DNA of 56,290 nt from positions 1 to 56,290 of IMG/VR virus record IMGVR_UViG_3300020469_003527; one strand, 5' to 3'. Below are positions 29,135-38,016 of the stretch, one piece after another. The notes under the pieces were generated by a model. That model worked only from the letters and a program-made list of their open reading frames with translations. It was not told where the DNA came from and ran no database searches. Source of the stretch: a virus (taxonomy: Duplodnaviria; Caudoviricetes). A program made the translations under genes and the position numbers. The number at the start of each line of letters is the position of its first letter. The stretch's first letter is position 1.

Positions 29135-29205
29135 TTATTTCTCCTATTCTATAAACCGAATTTAATCGGAATGCTAATCCTGGGATTCAGGCCACTAAAT
29201 TAAAA

Positions 29206-29682
29206 TTAAGAATCTTCTAATACTGCATCATCTTCAGCATCGCCAGATACGTTAAGAACGCACAAAGGCTCTACTTTATATCTAGTTGTTCCATGCATGT
29301 CGCTATAACTTACATACCTGTTCCAACCTGGAGTGTTTAGTCCTCTACCAATATTGTTAGAGACAACTGCTTCTGCATCTGATACTCCATATATATTATT
29401 TGCGGCTACGTCTGCTCCTGTAACAAATTTTGGTGCAGGTTGAATAGACACAGCATGACCTGACAGATTAATTCCGTCATACGCTGTATCGACCACAAGT
29501 GCTGTAGCATTCGTAACTGATTCTACTTGCCTTCTTTCTGCTCCTAAAAGCATGACATCTTTAACTTCTACATTTGAACTTAAAGCCGTGCCACTACCAA
29601 TTACAATTGTAGGATTTGCTGAATTACTAACTGAAACTGTTCCTAATCCTGCAACTTTATCTGCTGTTCCCCAAAGTGCCAT
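29206..29682 (-). CDS. Putative virion structural protein
   Basis: MALWG start, IYGVS, PGW, R.KVE.L; Ala/Val/Gly-rich; own late-type promoter. Confidence 0.6.
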   Translation of the reverse strand: MALWGTADKVAGLGTVSVSNSANPTIVIGSGTALSSNVEVKDVMLLGAERRQVESVTNATALVVDTAYDGINLSGHAVSIQPAPKFVTGADVAANNIYGVSDAEAVVSNNIGRGLNTPGWNRYVSYSDMHGTTRYKVEPLCVLNVSGDAEDDAVLEDS

Positions 29683-29713
29683 TTTTCTTTCTCCTTATTG
29701 TTTTTATTTTTAC

Positions 29714-29721
29714 TATTTATC
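29714..29721 (-). promoter_or_regulatory. Putative late promoter
   Basis: Minus strand GATAAATA about 30 nt before ATG 29682 with AAGGAG SD. Confidence 0.5.
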
Positions 29722-30139
29722 TATTATCAGTTTTTAACTCAGGTTGTAAATTTATGGGTTCTTTTTTACCGCTTAATTTATCTCCATTTTTCACGGTTTT
29801 TTCTGTTTTAATTCCGTCAACTCTATTTTTCAGTCTATCGACAACTTTCTTCTGCGACCTCAATTTTCTTGCCAAACGCAGTTTTGCCGCCGCTTTTTTA
29901 ACCGCATCTTCATCAAGTTCAACTTCTTCTTTTAATTTTCTAAACTCTCTTTCTGTCATCTTTTTCATGTTTATTTCCATAACTCCTAGTTCATATCTTA
30001 AAGACCTAAGTTTAGTTTTTTTGAAACCATAGTAGTCTTCGGCAGGTTGAGGTTTTGTAATTTTTTTAGTGATGTTTTTCTTTGCCTTTTCAAACATAAC
30101 ATCTAACTGTTTAAAATAAGAATTTAAGTCGAAATCCAT
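29717..30139 (-). CDS. Lys-rich putative internal head protein
   Basis: Contains KEEVELDE linker. Confidence 0.65.
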   Translation of the reverse strand: MDFDLNSYFKQLDVMFEKAKKNITKKITKPQPAEDYYGFKKTKLRSLRYELGVMEINMKKMTEREFRKLKEEVELDEDAVKKAAAKLRLARKLRSQKKVVDRLKNRVDGIKTEKTVKNGDKLSGKKEPINLQPELKTDNR

Positions 30140-33100
30140 TTTTAATCCTTTTTAGCCATTTTAGTAGCGACTGCATACATAACTTGTTTGCCTTTACCAG
30201 GATATCTCTTTTCAAAATCTGCCGCTTTGTCTTTTAAAGACATTACTATTTTTTCTTTTTTATTTTCTTCTCCTGGTGTAAGAGTTCTTTCAGATTTAGT
30301 CTTTCCGCTATCCATTTTATTCAAGTGCTTTTTAATTCTATCAGATTGACCTTTGTGCATTTTTGAAGCACCATCTAATTCACCAGCCATTTTTTCTAAA
30401 TCTAAATCATCTTTTACAATTCTTTTTTTCGCTCTATCAAGACCTGCAAATCTTTTAGATGTATTTACTGTTCCTGTAGAATGTTGTTTCTTCGCAATAT
30501 CTTTCATAGATTTTTTTGCATAACTTTTTGCTAAGTCTTTAGATATCTCGTCTATTTCTTTTTCTTCACAACCAGGTTTTACTTTTTTACGTTGTAAAGG
30601 AGTATTTCCCATATGTTTGTAATGATCAGGTTGACTTCCACGAACTCCAAGATTTACCTCAGTCTGTAAATCGCCTTTAGTTGCTAATTGCAAATCTAAT
30701 ATCTCTCCTTTTTTCCCTGACAATTCAATACCATTAGGAGTATCTTTTACTTTCAAACCAACTTGTTTTGCTAAAGCAATATACGATTGCTTTTGTTTAT
30801 TCGTTTTAAAACCTTTGATGACTCCTTTAGCTTCTTCTAAGTCTACTTCTTCTTTGAGTTTTTTAATTTGAGCATCAGAAAATTTAAATTTAGTTTTCAA
30901 AACTTTTTCTGCATCAGAAACAGACATTCCTCCTAGTAAAGCCTTTTTAGGATTCTTGACAGTATCAATTGCAATTTTCTTTTGATGTTTTTCTCCAACA
31001 CCTTCGTCAAATTTTATCACTTCTTTTACTTGAACACTTTCTACTTGGCCTCTGATTTTCAACAAGTCTGGAGCCTTATACTTATGTTTCATAATAAGTA
31101 TTCCTGATGCCTTAGTAGATACAAAAGGAACATCTGCTTTATATAATTTTTCTAATGCTTTTTTATTGCCTGAAATTGGGTCTAATATCTTATCTAATTT
31201 TTTTAAATTATCAAGACTTACTCTCTTTCCTCTAAGAGGTTCATATTTTTTTTGTAGCAACTTCATTTGAGCATCAGAGAACATTTCATCTACTTGTTCA
31301 ACCTCTTCAGCCCTACCAAGTTGTCTATTCATACTAAGTCTACCTTTAGCTTTGTCAATAGCTAAATCTCTTTTGTTGATTTTACTAGGAGAAGATGCAA
31401 TATCTTTAGAATGATAGTCTGCAACTCTCTTTGATAAATCTTTACCTGCTTTGCTTATATAACTCTTTAGCGTTTTTGATTTAAGTTCATCTACTTGTTC
31501 AGCTTCATCAACTTTAACTGCAAAATGTTGTTTAGTTCTTCCTATTCCTTTAATAAATTTGCCACCAACTTCTTTTGCTTTTTTACGAGCCTCAGCTTCG
31601 GTATCATATAGAAAAAGTTTTCCTTTCTTTTTTGCCTCATCAAGGTCAACTTCTTCTTTGAAGACATAGAATACACGACCAACTTTTCTTACACGACCGC
31701 CCATTTTTTTAGCAAAATTATCTGCTTGTGTTTTATTAGCAAATGTCTTGTCATATACTTCTTTACCCATAACCTTTGCCTCATCAAATTCGACTTCTTC
31801 TTTAAAACTCATTCCCATTTCTTTTCTGAGAGCCTGTATTTCTTTTTGAATTTTCTTTTGTGCAGGTGAATTAGGAACGGCTTTCAATGCTTTATTACCA
31901 AGTTTAAGAAGTTGTACTCTTTGTTCTGGTGTTCCTTTACCTCCAAAATGTTTGTCACTATCGTAGGCGTATTTTTTCCCACGAAAATTGCTTTTAGCTT
32001 CATCAAGTTCAACTTCTTCGTGTTTAGCTTTGTGCATAGTATCTAATTTATTGAAGAATTTTTTCTTTTCTTCAGGCGACAAGTCTCTCAAAGATTTTAT
32101 TCCCATCTTTGCCATGAGGCCTTTTACTTTTTCTTGATAGTCTTCAGAAACTTTTCTACTTGCTTCTATGATACTATCTGTTAATCCGAAATTACTTTTT
32201 GAAAACACGTTTATTCTCCTTAGTCTAAGTCTGAAACTGATTTGCCTTTTTCCCACATTTTACAAGACCAATACTTTGCTTTCCATTTAGGTCCTGGATC
32301 TGTATCGCAACCATGTCTTGCTCTAAAACTTTTTCTTCTTTCTGGGTCATCTCTTTTAATTTCCATATTTGGGTCACCAAAATTAACTTTTACAACTTTA
32401 CCTTTCGGACCCATTGTATATACAGAAAACTTTTTAGGACCTCCAGATGTTCTGAAAGGGTCGTTTAGTTTTACTTTTTTTCCTTGATATTCTGCTTCAG
32501 TTATTTCTTCTTCTTCCTCATATATCTTTTTCGCTCTTTGAGTACGAATATCATTTAACACGTTTAATACTGTATCTGCTGAATATTTTGCAGTTACTAA
32601 ATCAGGATTCTGCCCTGGTGTTTCTCTAGCGTAAGCGATTCTAGAAGCATCAGTTCCTAATTCTACTCGTTCATCAAGTTCCAGTTCTTCTTTCTTACTA
32701 CCTCTTACTTTATCAGCTAAGTCTTTATCAGCTTTGCCCCATGTTCCTTTGCCTTTTGTTATAAAAGAATTAACTCTTGCAAAAGCCCATTGCTGTTGAG
32801 ATGCTCCAGGTCTATGACCTCCTTTCCAAGCGGCCATTCCTCTATTGTAAACTTGTTTTAAAATACTGTAAGATATACCTGATTTTTCAGCTTTTTTAAC
32901 TAGACCTGCAATTTTAGATTCATTCATAATATTATGAAATTCTTGGTCAAACTTCTCTTCTTCAAGCATTTCTTCATAAATTGCTTCGACTTCTTCTTCT
33001 AGTTCGTAATCAAGTTCTAATTCTTCTAAACTTTCTCCAATATCGTCAGAGTTGTTTAAACCTTCAAACTCTAAATAATCTCTTACTGACTCTATATAAT

Positions 33101-33745
33101 CAGTAGCTTTAGCTATTTTTGAAAGAACCCATTGCTCAGGCTCCTCTTGCATATTCATAAACATCTCTTGCAAATCTTCTACATCTTGTTCTAAATTAGC
33201 AAGTTCAATTCTTGCCATACTTATACCATCAGTTGCAACTCCTTCATTGTAGTCTTCAGAAACCATCTTTGCTAGAATTCTAGCATCTACGTTAAAATAT
33301 TTTTTTGCAATTGCGGCGGCAGAAGATATAATAGCACTTTTAGGTTTTTTCTTTACTAAATCTTTTAATTCTTTTTGTGCTGATTTATACTGTGCTTTAT
33401 GAATTAAAGGACTTAATTTTTTAGTTATTCCAAAAGGATCTTCTTCTAATTTAGCTTCTTCTGTATACATGTTAAGTTCATATCTTTTATTATCAAGATT
33501 TGTAACTTGCACTTGAACTGCTTTTTTACCAGTCTTATCTAATAATCTGTAAGCATTCGCTTTACCTGAAGAAGGTCTTTTAGGTCCTGTCGCAACTTTT
33601 CTATCAATGTCTCTAGGATCAATTTCAATTTTATATTTCTTTTTCGCAAAATCATAAGCATGTTGCATAGCTGAAGAAAAATCTTTATGATAAAGTTCGT
33701 AACCTGTTCCAGATTTAGCCTCATCGACTTCAACTTCTTCTTTAG
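29908..33745. repeat. Dispersed linker-coding repeat family
   Basis: cttcatcaagttcaacttcttc exact at 29908-29929 and 31998-32019; variants near 30835, 31636, 31780, 32670, 33721; ttcatctacttgttca at 31285-31300 and 31486-31501. Confidence 0.75.
30142..32208 (-). CDS. Lys-rich modular putative internal head polyprotein (688 aa)
   Basis: Start reassigned to GTG 32208 behind AGGAG; at least 8 EEVxLDE-type linkers separate 40-100 aa basic modules. Confidence 0.75.
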   Translation of the reverse strand: MFSKSNFGLTDSIIEASRKVSEDYQEKVKGLMAKMGIKSLRDLSPEEKKKFFNKLDTMHKAKHEEVELDEAKSNFRGKKYAYDSDKHFGGKGTPEQRVQLLKLGNKALKAVPNSPAQKKIQKEIQALRKEMGMSFKEEVEFDEAKVMGKEVYDKTFANKTQADNFAKKMGGRVRKVGRVFYVFKEEVDLDEAKKKGKLFLYDTEAEARKKAKEVGGKFIKGIGRTKQHFAVKVDEAEQVDELKSKTLKSYISKAGKDLSKRVADYHSKDIASSPSKINKRDLAIDKAKGRLSMNRQLGRAEEVEQVDEMFSDAQMKLLQKKYEPLRGKRVSLDNLKKLDKILDPISGNKKALEKLYKADVPFVSTKASGILIMKHKYKAPDLLKIRGQVESVQVKEVIKFDEGVGEKHQKKIAIDTVKNPKKALLGGMSVSDAEKVLKTKFKFSDAQIKKLKEEVDLEEAKGVIKGFKTNKQKQSYIALAKQVGLKVKDTPNGIELSGKKGEILDLQLATKGDLQTEVNLGVRGSQPDHYKHMGNTPLQRKKVKPGCEEKEIDEISKDLAKSYAKKSMKDIAKKQHSTGTVNTSKRFAGLDRAKKRIVKDDLDLEKMAGELDGASKMHKGQSDRIKKHLNKMDSGKTKSERTLTPGEENKKEKIVMSLKDKAADFEKRYPGKGKQVMYAVATKMAKKD

Positions 33746-34235
33746 GAACACAATTAGGCACCATTCTATTACCTTTCTTTTTCATTCCTTTTTGTACATG
33801 AGTGTCCCAGCAAGGGTCATCTTCTTGTATTTTTCCTTTATGCTTTTCATATCCTTGTTTTGCTTGTCTTTTACGGTCTGAATGTTTACCAGCACCAGAT
33901 TTAGGAGCATTCAAATGAACTAAATTTCTTTGTTTGATTTCTTTCGTTTTTTGTTCTCCATACATTTGTTTATACTTTTCAGTATGCTTTGACGTTTTTA
34001 CTTTCCCCTTTTCTCTAGCCTTTTTATCTCCAGGAGCATCTTTGTATGCACTAGCATCTGAATCAGACTTATCGTTCTGTCTGTCGAAATGAGAAGCCCT
34101 AGAGACTTTCTTGTCTTTTGAAAGACCTTTGTAATACTTTTTAGGTTGAGAGCCGTCTCTCTTAGAGACATGAGGATCTTGCTCTAACTCTGTTTTTTCT
34201 AAAAGAAAATCTGTATATTTTTTAAATAACATCAT
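32220..34235 (-). CDS. Modular putative internal head polyprotein (671 aa)
   Basis: N-terminus MLFKKYTDFLLE resembles T4 capsid-targeting sequence; linkers EEVEVDE, AKLEE, EELELDE, EEITE. Confidence 0.75.
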   Translation of the reverse strand: MMLFKKYTDFLLEKTELEQDPHVSKRDGSQPKKYYKGLSKDKKVSRASHFDRQNDKSDSDASAYKDAPGDKKAREKGKVKTSKHTEKYKQMYGEQKTKEIKQRNLVHLNAPKSGAGKHSDRKRQAKQGYEKHKGKIQEDDPCWDTHVQKGMKKKGNRMVPNCVPKEEVEVDEAKSGTGYELYHKDFSSAMQHAYDFAKKKYKIEIDPRDIDRKVATGPKRPSSGKANAYRLLDKTGKKAVQVQVTNLDNKRYELNMYTEEAKLEEDPFGITKKLSPLIHKAQYKSAQKELKDLVKKKPKSAIISSAAAIAKKYFNVDARILAKMVSEDYNEGVATDGISMARIELANLEQDVEDLQEMFMNMQEEPEQWVLSKIAKATDYIESVRDYLEFEGLNNSDDIGESLEELELDYELEEEVEAIYEEMLEEEKFDQEFHNIMNESKIAGLVKKAEKSGISYSILKQVYNRGMAAWKGGHRPGASQQQWAFARVNSFITKGKGTWGKADKDLADKVRGSKKEELELDERVELGTDASRIAYARETPGQNPDLVTAKYSADTVLNVLNDIRTQRAKKIYEEEEEITEAEYQGKKVKLNDPFRTSGGPKKFSVYTMGPKGKVVKVNFGDPNMEIKRDDPERRKSFRARHGCDTDPGPKWKAKYWSCKMWEKGKSVSDLD

Positions 34236-35092
34236 GCCTCTGATTCCTCTTTGTATATGTAATTTTTAAACTTATCTAGATTATTCTGAACAAAAGTAGG
34301 GTAACTTAAGTACGCTGACTCTACTAATATAGGTTCATAATCTGAATACAATCTTTCTACTGCTTCTTCTTTTGTATCAAAATCAAACTTAGTTTTCTTA
34401 TTTGCATAAACATCTTTAGAATGTGCCCAACTCTTTTGTTTTAATAATACGTTTTCTCCATCTGTACCATCTAAAAATGTGTAATGCCAACCTGCATTTT
34501 GAATATACTTATCACCTAAATTCATTTGTCTAATAACTGCTGGAGATAACTCCTTTAGTTTTTTAAAAGTTGTCATACAACCTGCGGCCGTAACATTTGT
34601 TTTGTGGAGTAAATTTAATTTATAAACATACAAATCTGTATTAAATCTAACTATTTCATCTTTTCCACAAAACTGTGTAGCTTCTGTAATACTTTTTTCT
34701 TTTAGTATTTCATCTACACAATGACCTAAAACTAAATCATTATCACTAGCTTTTAAATAATCTAATATTATACAAACATAATTCACTTGAAACGCTTCTC
34801 TTTTCCAATCATCAATATTCTGATGAGACTGAACTACTTCTTCTAAAACTTTGACGTTGAAAAAATTAGGAAACTTTTTCATTTCTTCCTCAAAGTTATT
34901 TATTCTTATGTAAATGATTTTATCTTCATACTTTTTAAATCTATCTACATCAAAATTAAAAGACTTTTTTAATCCTGTGTGTGTTTGGCCTGCTTCACAC
35001 ACTATAAACTTATCAACTACATTCCAATGAGCATTTAATTTAACTTCAAATAAATCATTCTCATTCAAAAACATACAATAATCATAAATCAA
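34232..35092 (-). CDS. Glycosyltransferase family 17-like
   Basis: MFLNENDL, VVDKFIVCEA..THTG, HCVDEI, AGWHYTF. Confidence 0.8.
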   Translation of the reverse strand: MIYDYCMFLNENDLFEVKLNAHWNVVDKFIVCEAGQTHTGLKKSFNFDVDRFKKYEDKIIYIRINNFEEEMKKFPNFFNVKVLEEVVQSHQNIDDWKREAFQVNYVCIILDYLKASDNDLVLGHCVDEILKEKSITEATQFCGKDEIVRFNTDLYVYKLNLLHKTNVTAAGCMTTFKKLKELSPAVIRQMNLGDKYIQNAGWHYTFLDGTDGENVLLKQKSWAHSKDVYANKKTKFDFDTKEEAVERLYSDYEPILVESAYLSYPTFVQNNLDKFKNYIYKEESEA

Positions 35093-35095
35093 TTT

Positions 35096-35419
35096 TTATC
35101 TCCTAGATAATTCTTTCTTTCTAACTGTAGGCATTAGTCTTGTTGCTAGTTTCTTTACTGCACCTTTAAACTTACCTAATCTTCTATCGATTTGCATCTT
35201 TGCAGATGTTCCTAACTGGGCATATGATTTACCTCCTGCAAGTCTTTTTTTAAAGAAACCTCTTGCAGTTCTAGTTGCTCTTTTACTTAATCGACTTCTA
35301 TCTGCAAATCTTTTCATTTGTAGAGTTCTTGCTCTTTGTACTCTTTTTTGAAGTCTCTTAAATCTCATTGCTCTTTGTCTTCTTTGAGCCATGTCTAATA
35401 CTTCGTTTTGATTTTCCAT
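35096..35419 (-). CDS. Arg-rich putative prohead core protein
   Basis: QNEVLDMAQRRQRA...; very basic helix; late cluster. Confidence 0.55.
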   Translation of the reverse strand: MENQNEVLDMAQRRQRAMRFKRLQKRVQRARTLQMKRFADRSRLSKRATRTARGFFKKRLAGGKSYAQLGTSAKMQIDRRLGKFKGAVKKLATRLMPTVRKKELSRR

Positions 35420-35420
35420 A

Positions 35421-35774
35421 TTAGTACTCGCTAGAATCGTAAGCCGCAGTTTTTCTCAAGTGTAAAACTGTCGTATACTTGTGAGAACCACTTGTGGGAG
35501 TAATTTTTATGGGAGAAGTAGAGTTTGCACTATCAACCCAAGAATCATATTTGAAAGACCCTGTGCCTGCTAAATTATATAAAAGAGTGTTACCACGAAA
35601 TAATTGAACAATATTTGTGGTGCCTTCATTAGAATAGTGAATTTCTTTTATGTGATATTCTGTAGGTGTCACAGTATCTTTTGTACTATCAGCAAAGGCT
35701 ACGTTTGCCGTAGACTCTGAGGTAATTCTGACAACTACCTCAGTATCAGTATTTTTGAGAACATCTTTTGACAT
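35421..35774 (-). CDS. Late hypothetical protein (beta-rich)
   Basis: First gene after TATAAATA; AGGAG SD. Confidence 0.6.
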   Translation of the reverse strand: MSKDVLKNTDTEVVVRITSESTANVAFADSTKDTVTPTEYHIKEIHYSNEGTTNIVQLFRGNTLLYNLAGTGSFKYDSWVDSANSTSPIKITPTSGSHKYTTVLHLRKTAAYDSSEY

Positions 35775-35780
35775 TAAAAT

Positions 35781-35817
35781 CTCCTATATTGTTCGTTTTT
35801 CTATAGGAGTATTTATA
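35781..35817 (-). promoter_or_regulatory. T4 late promoter plus SD-sequestering hairpin
   Basis: TATAAATA 35817-35810, then CTCCTATA (35809-35802) complementary to TATAGGAG (35788-35781). Confidence 0.85.
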
Positions 35818-35821
35818 ATTT

Positions 35822-35974
35822 TTAATATGTCACCATTCTCGATATTGCTACTAATTTAGAAGATGTTGAATATATTATTACAGAATTTCTAACCAAGTAG
35901 TACATACCACTTTTTTTATACATTTTAATCCTAGTTAATTTACTTTCTTCAATTAAATCAATAGGATTAAACAT
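35822..35974 (-). CDS. 50-aa hypothetical protein
   Basis: Manual: MFNPIDLIEESKLTRIKMYKK...; fills gap, weak SD. Confidence 0.35.
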   Translation of the reverse strand: MFNPIDLIEESKLTRIKMYKKSGMYYLVRNSVIIYSTSSKLVAISRMVTY

Positions 35975-35982
35975 GTCTGAGG

Positions 35983-36354
35983 TTAAGGTCTGTTTTGTTT
36001 TGGGAATGGAAATTGGACTACGTTTTTCACTTCGTCCTCTATTTCGTGTGATTGCAAGTTCTCCTCGTCAAAATCAAATTTAAATTGTAAGTCGTTCATT
36101 TCGTCTTCATTCATAACTAAAGATGTTTCTGTTGCACCTGAACCTGAATCGTATATAGAAGTTTCCTTTACGTTTTCATACAAATCGTAAGTTTCACGAA
36201 CCTCATTATCTAAATTAACAGTTGTAGTGTAAATTGATTGGCTCCAATCTCTAGGGCATTCTATTCTATCAACTACTTTCTCAAGTTCTTTAATTGATTT
36301 TTTTAATCCGTTTAATGTAATTTTTAAGTCATCTAAATTTCTTTCGTTTATCAT
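35983..36354 (-). CDS. Acidic hypothetical protein
   Basis: ATGA overlap with gene 41; ends NVVQFP. Confidence 0.55.
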   Translation of the reverse strand: MINERNLDDLKITLNGLKKSIKELEKVVDRIECPRDWSQSIYTTTVNLDNEVRETYDLYENVKETSIYDSGSGATETSLVMNEDEMNDLQFKFDFDEENLQSHEIEDEVKNVVQFPFPKQNRP

Positions 36355-37718
36355 ACCTTAAACCCCTTAAATTTATTTTCTTTAGTTTCAGGTTGACCGC
36401 TGTCAGATACATCATTTTGAGCAGTCTGCTCTACATCATAAATTCTCATCTTAGGCTTATCTATACCCACAATAAATCTTTTATTTTTGTTTGGGTCACT
36501 ATATCTATTCTTTAGTTGCTTTATTAGAATTTGATTTAATTCTGACAACTGTTCACTAGATATTATTGCAAACATAAAATCAGCAGTAGCAGGTAATCCA
36601 AAAGATTCTGACGTATCTTCTAATCCTACATCAGTATTTGTATATCCTGACCTTGTAGATTGTGTAGCTGATATTATAGGAACGCTATATTCAACTGCTA
36701 ATCCTCTCAACTCTTCTGCGATAGCTTTAACATATGTATATGAGTTGACGTTTGTGCCAGGCTTTATTCTTGAAGAAGTGCATATGTTTATGTAATCAAT
36801 GTAAATGATGTCTGGAACAAATTGTTTTTTTAATCTCAATTCATCTAATAATCTTTTGAAATGTAGTGGGTTTGCTGTCGCTGTAGGATATTCTTTAATA
36901 ATCAATTTACCAGCAGTCTTCTCTCGTATTCTTTCTATCTTTTTCATGTAAGAATCTTTAGGTAATGCTACTAAATCATCTAACTTAACATTCATCAAGT
37001 TTGCATCAACTCTTTCGGCGATTCTCTCTTCAGACATTTCTAAGGTAATATATAAAACATTTTTACCCATAGCCATATTAGCAGAGGCACAATGACACAT
37101 AAACAAAGATTTACCTACGCCTGTACCTGCAAGTATTACGTTTAAAGATTTTTCAGGCACTCCTCCTTTTGTTATCTTATTTAACATTTCAATATCAAAA
37201 GGAACTTTCTTTTCAACTAAATGATAATATTCATGTCGCTGTTCAGCATCTTCTACAAGGTCATGACCTATGTGATTATCAAAAGATACTGCTAGTGCAT
37301 CAGTTAATATTTTAGGAATAGCACCTAAATCTAAGTGATTTCTATCTTTATCATTTTCATCTACTATTTGAATACTCTGCATTAAACCATTGTATATTGC
37401 TTTTTGTTTACAAAACTTTTCAGTTGTATCTATTAACCAATCTGAATCTTGAATATCAGAATTTGTAGTAACTTCTTTTACAAGAGTTTGAGTTTCTTTA
37501 TGTAAATTTTCAGATAAAGATGAATTTTTATCAATTTGTATTAAAAGAGATTCTTTAGTAGGTCTAGATTTATATTCATGAATATGTTTATAAATTTCAT
37601 CAAATAAAGTTATCTCAGCAGTTTCGCTGAAATATTCTTTTTTAAGAAAAGGCAAAACTGTGCGGGTATATTCTCCGTCAAAAATTAAATGTTTTAATAT
37701 TTTATGTTCTAGTTTCAT
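36351..37718 (-). CDS. 41: Replicative helicase gp41
   Basis: AGTGVGKS, ITLEM, IDY, ATQSTR, SESFGLP, KNRY. Confidence 0.97.
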   Translation of the reverse strand: MKLEHKILKHLIFDGEYTRTVLPFLKKEYFSETAEITLFDEIYKHIHEYKSRPTKESLLIQIDKNSSLSENLHKETQTLVKEVTTNSDIQDSDWLIDTTEKFCKQKAIYNGLMQSIQIVDENDKDRNHLDLGAIPKILTDALAVSFDNHIGHDLVEDAEQRHEYYHLVEKKVPFDIEMLNKITKGGVPEKSLNVILAGTGVGKSLFMCHCASANMAMGKNVLYITLEMSEERIAERVDANLMNVKLDDLVALPKDSYMKKIERIREKTAGKLIIKEYPTATANPLHFKRLLDELRLKKQFVPDIIYIDYINICTSSRIKPGTNVNSYTYVKAIAEELRGLAVEYSVPIISATQSTRSGYTNTDVGLEDTSESFGLPATADFMFAIISSEQLSELNQILIKQLKNRYSDPNKNKRFIVGIDKPKMRIYDVEQTAQNDVSDSGQPETKENKFKGFKV

Positions 37719-38016
37719 TCGACTCCTTTGAACTTATTTCTAATAAATTTTCCTCTAATATAGAGTTTAATATATTTCCTAGTATGTTTTCAAATCTTTT
37801 TTTCTTTTCATCATCAAAAGTAGATTCGATATTTTCATTTTCATTTATAGTCTCGTACTCAAAAGAAATTGTGTATGTTCCATCTTCATTTGGGTCTTTT
37901 GCTGGTTTTATTGTATTAAAATAAAAATCTATATTTCTAAATTCAGGCTCTTCTATTTTTACAATAGTAGTATTTCTTTTTGAATCAAACTCAGTTAATT
38001 TAAATAACGGCTTCAT
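37702..38016 (-). CDS. Possible gp40-like protein
   Basis: Synteny between uvsX and 41; similar size. Confidence 0.45.
   Translation of the reverse strand: MKPLFKLTEFDSKRNTTIVKIEEPEFRNIDFYFNTIKPAKDPNEDGTYTISFEYETINENENIESTFDDEKKKRFENILGNILNSILEENLLEISSKESNETRT

Noticed and set aside
32209-32256. Track start of the 704-aa ORF at 32256
   Set aside because: Overlaps the upstream gene; GTG at 32208 has an AGGAG SD at proper spacing
29908-33745. Linker repeats as a CRISPR array
   Set aside because: Irregular spacing of about 140-900 nt, degenerate, in frame within coding sequence, no cas genes
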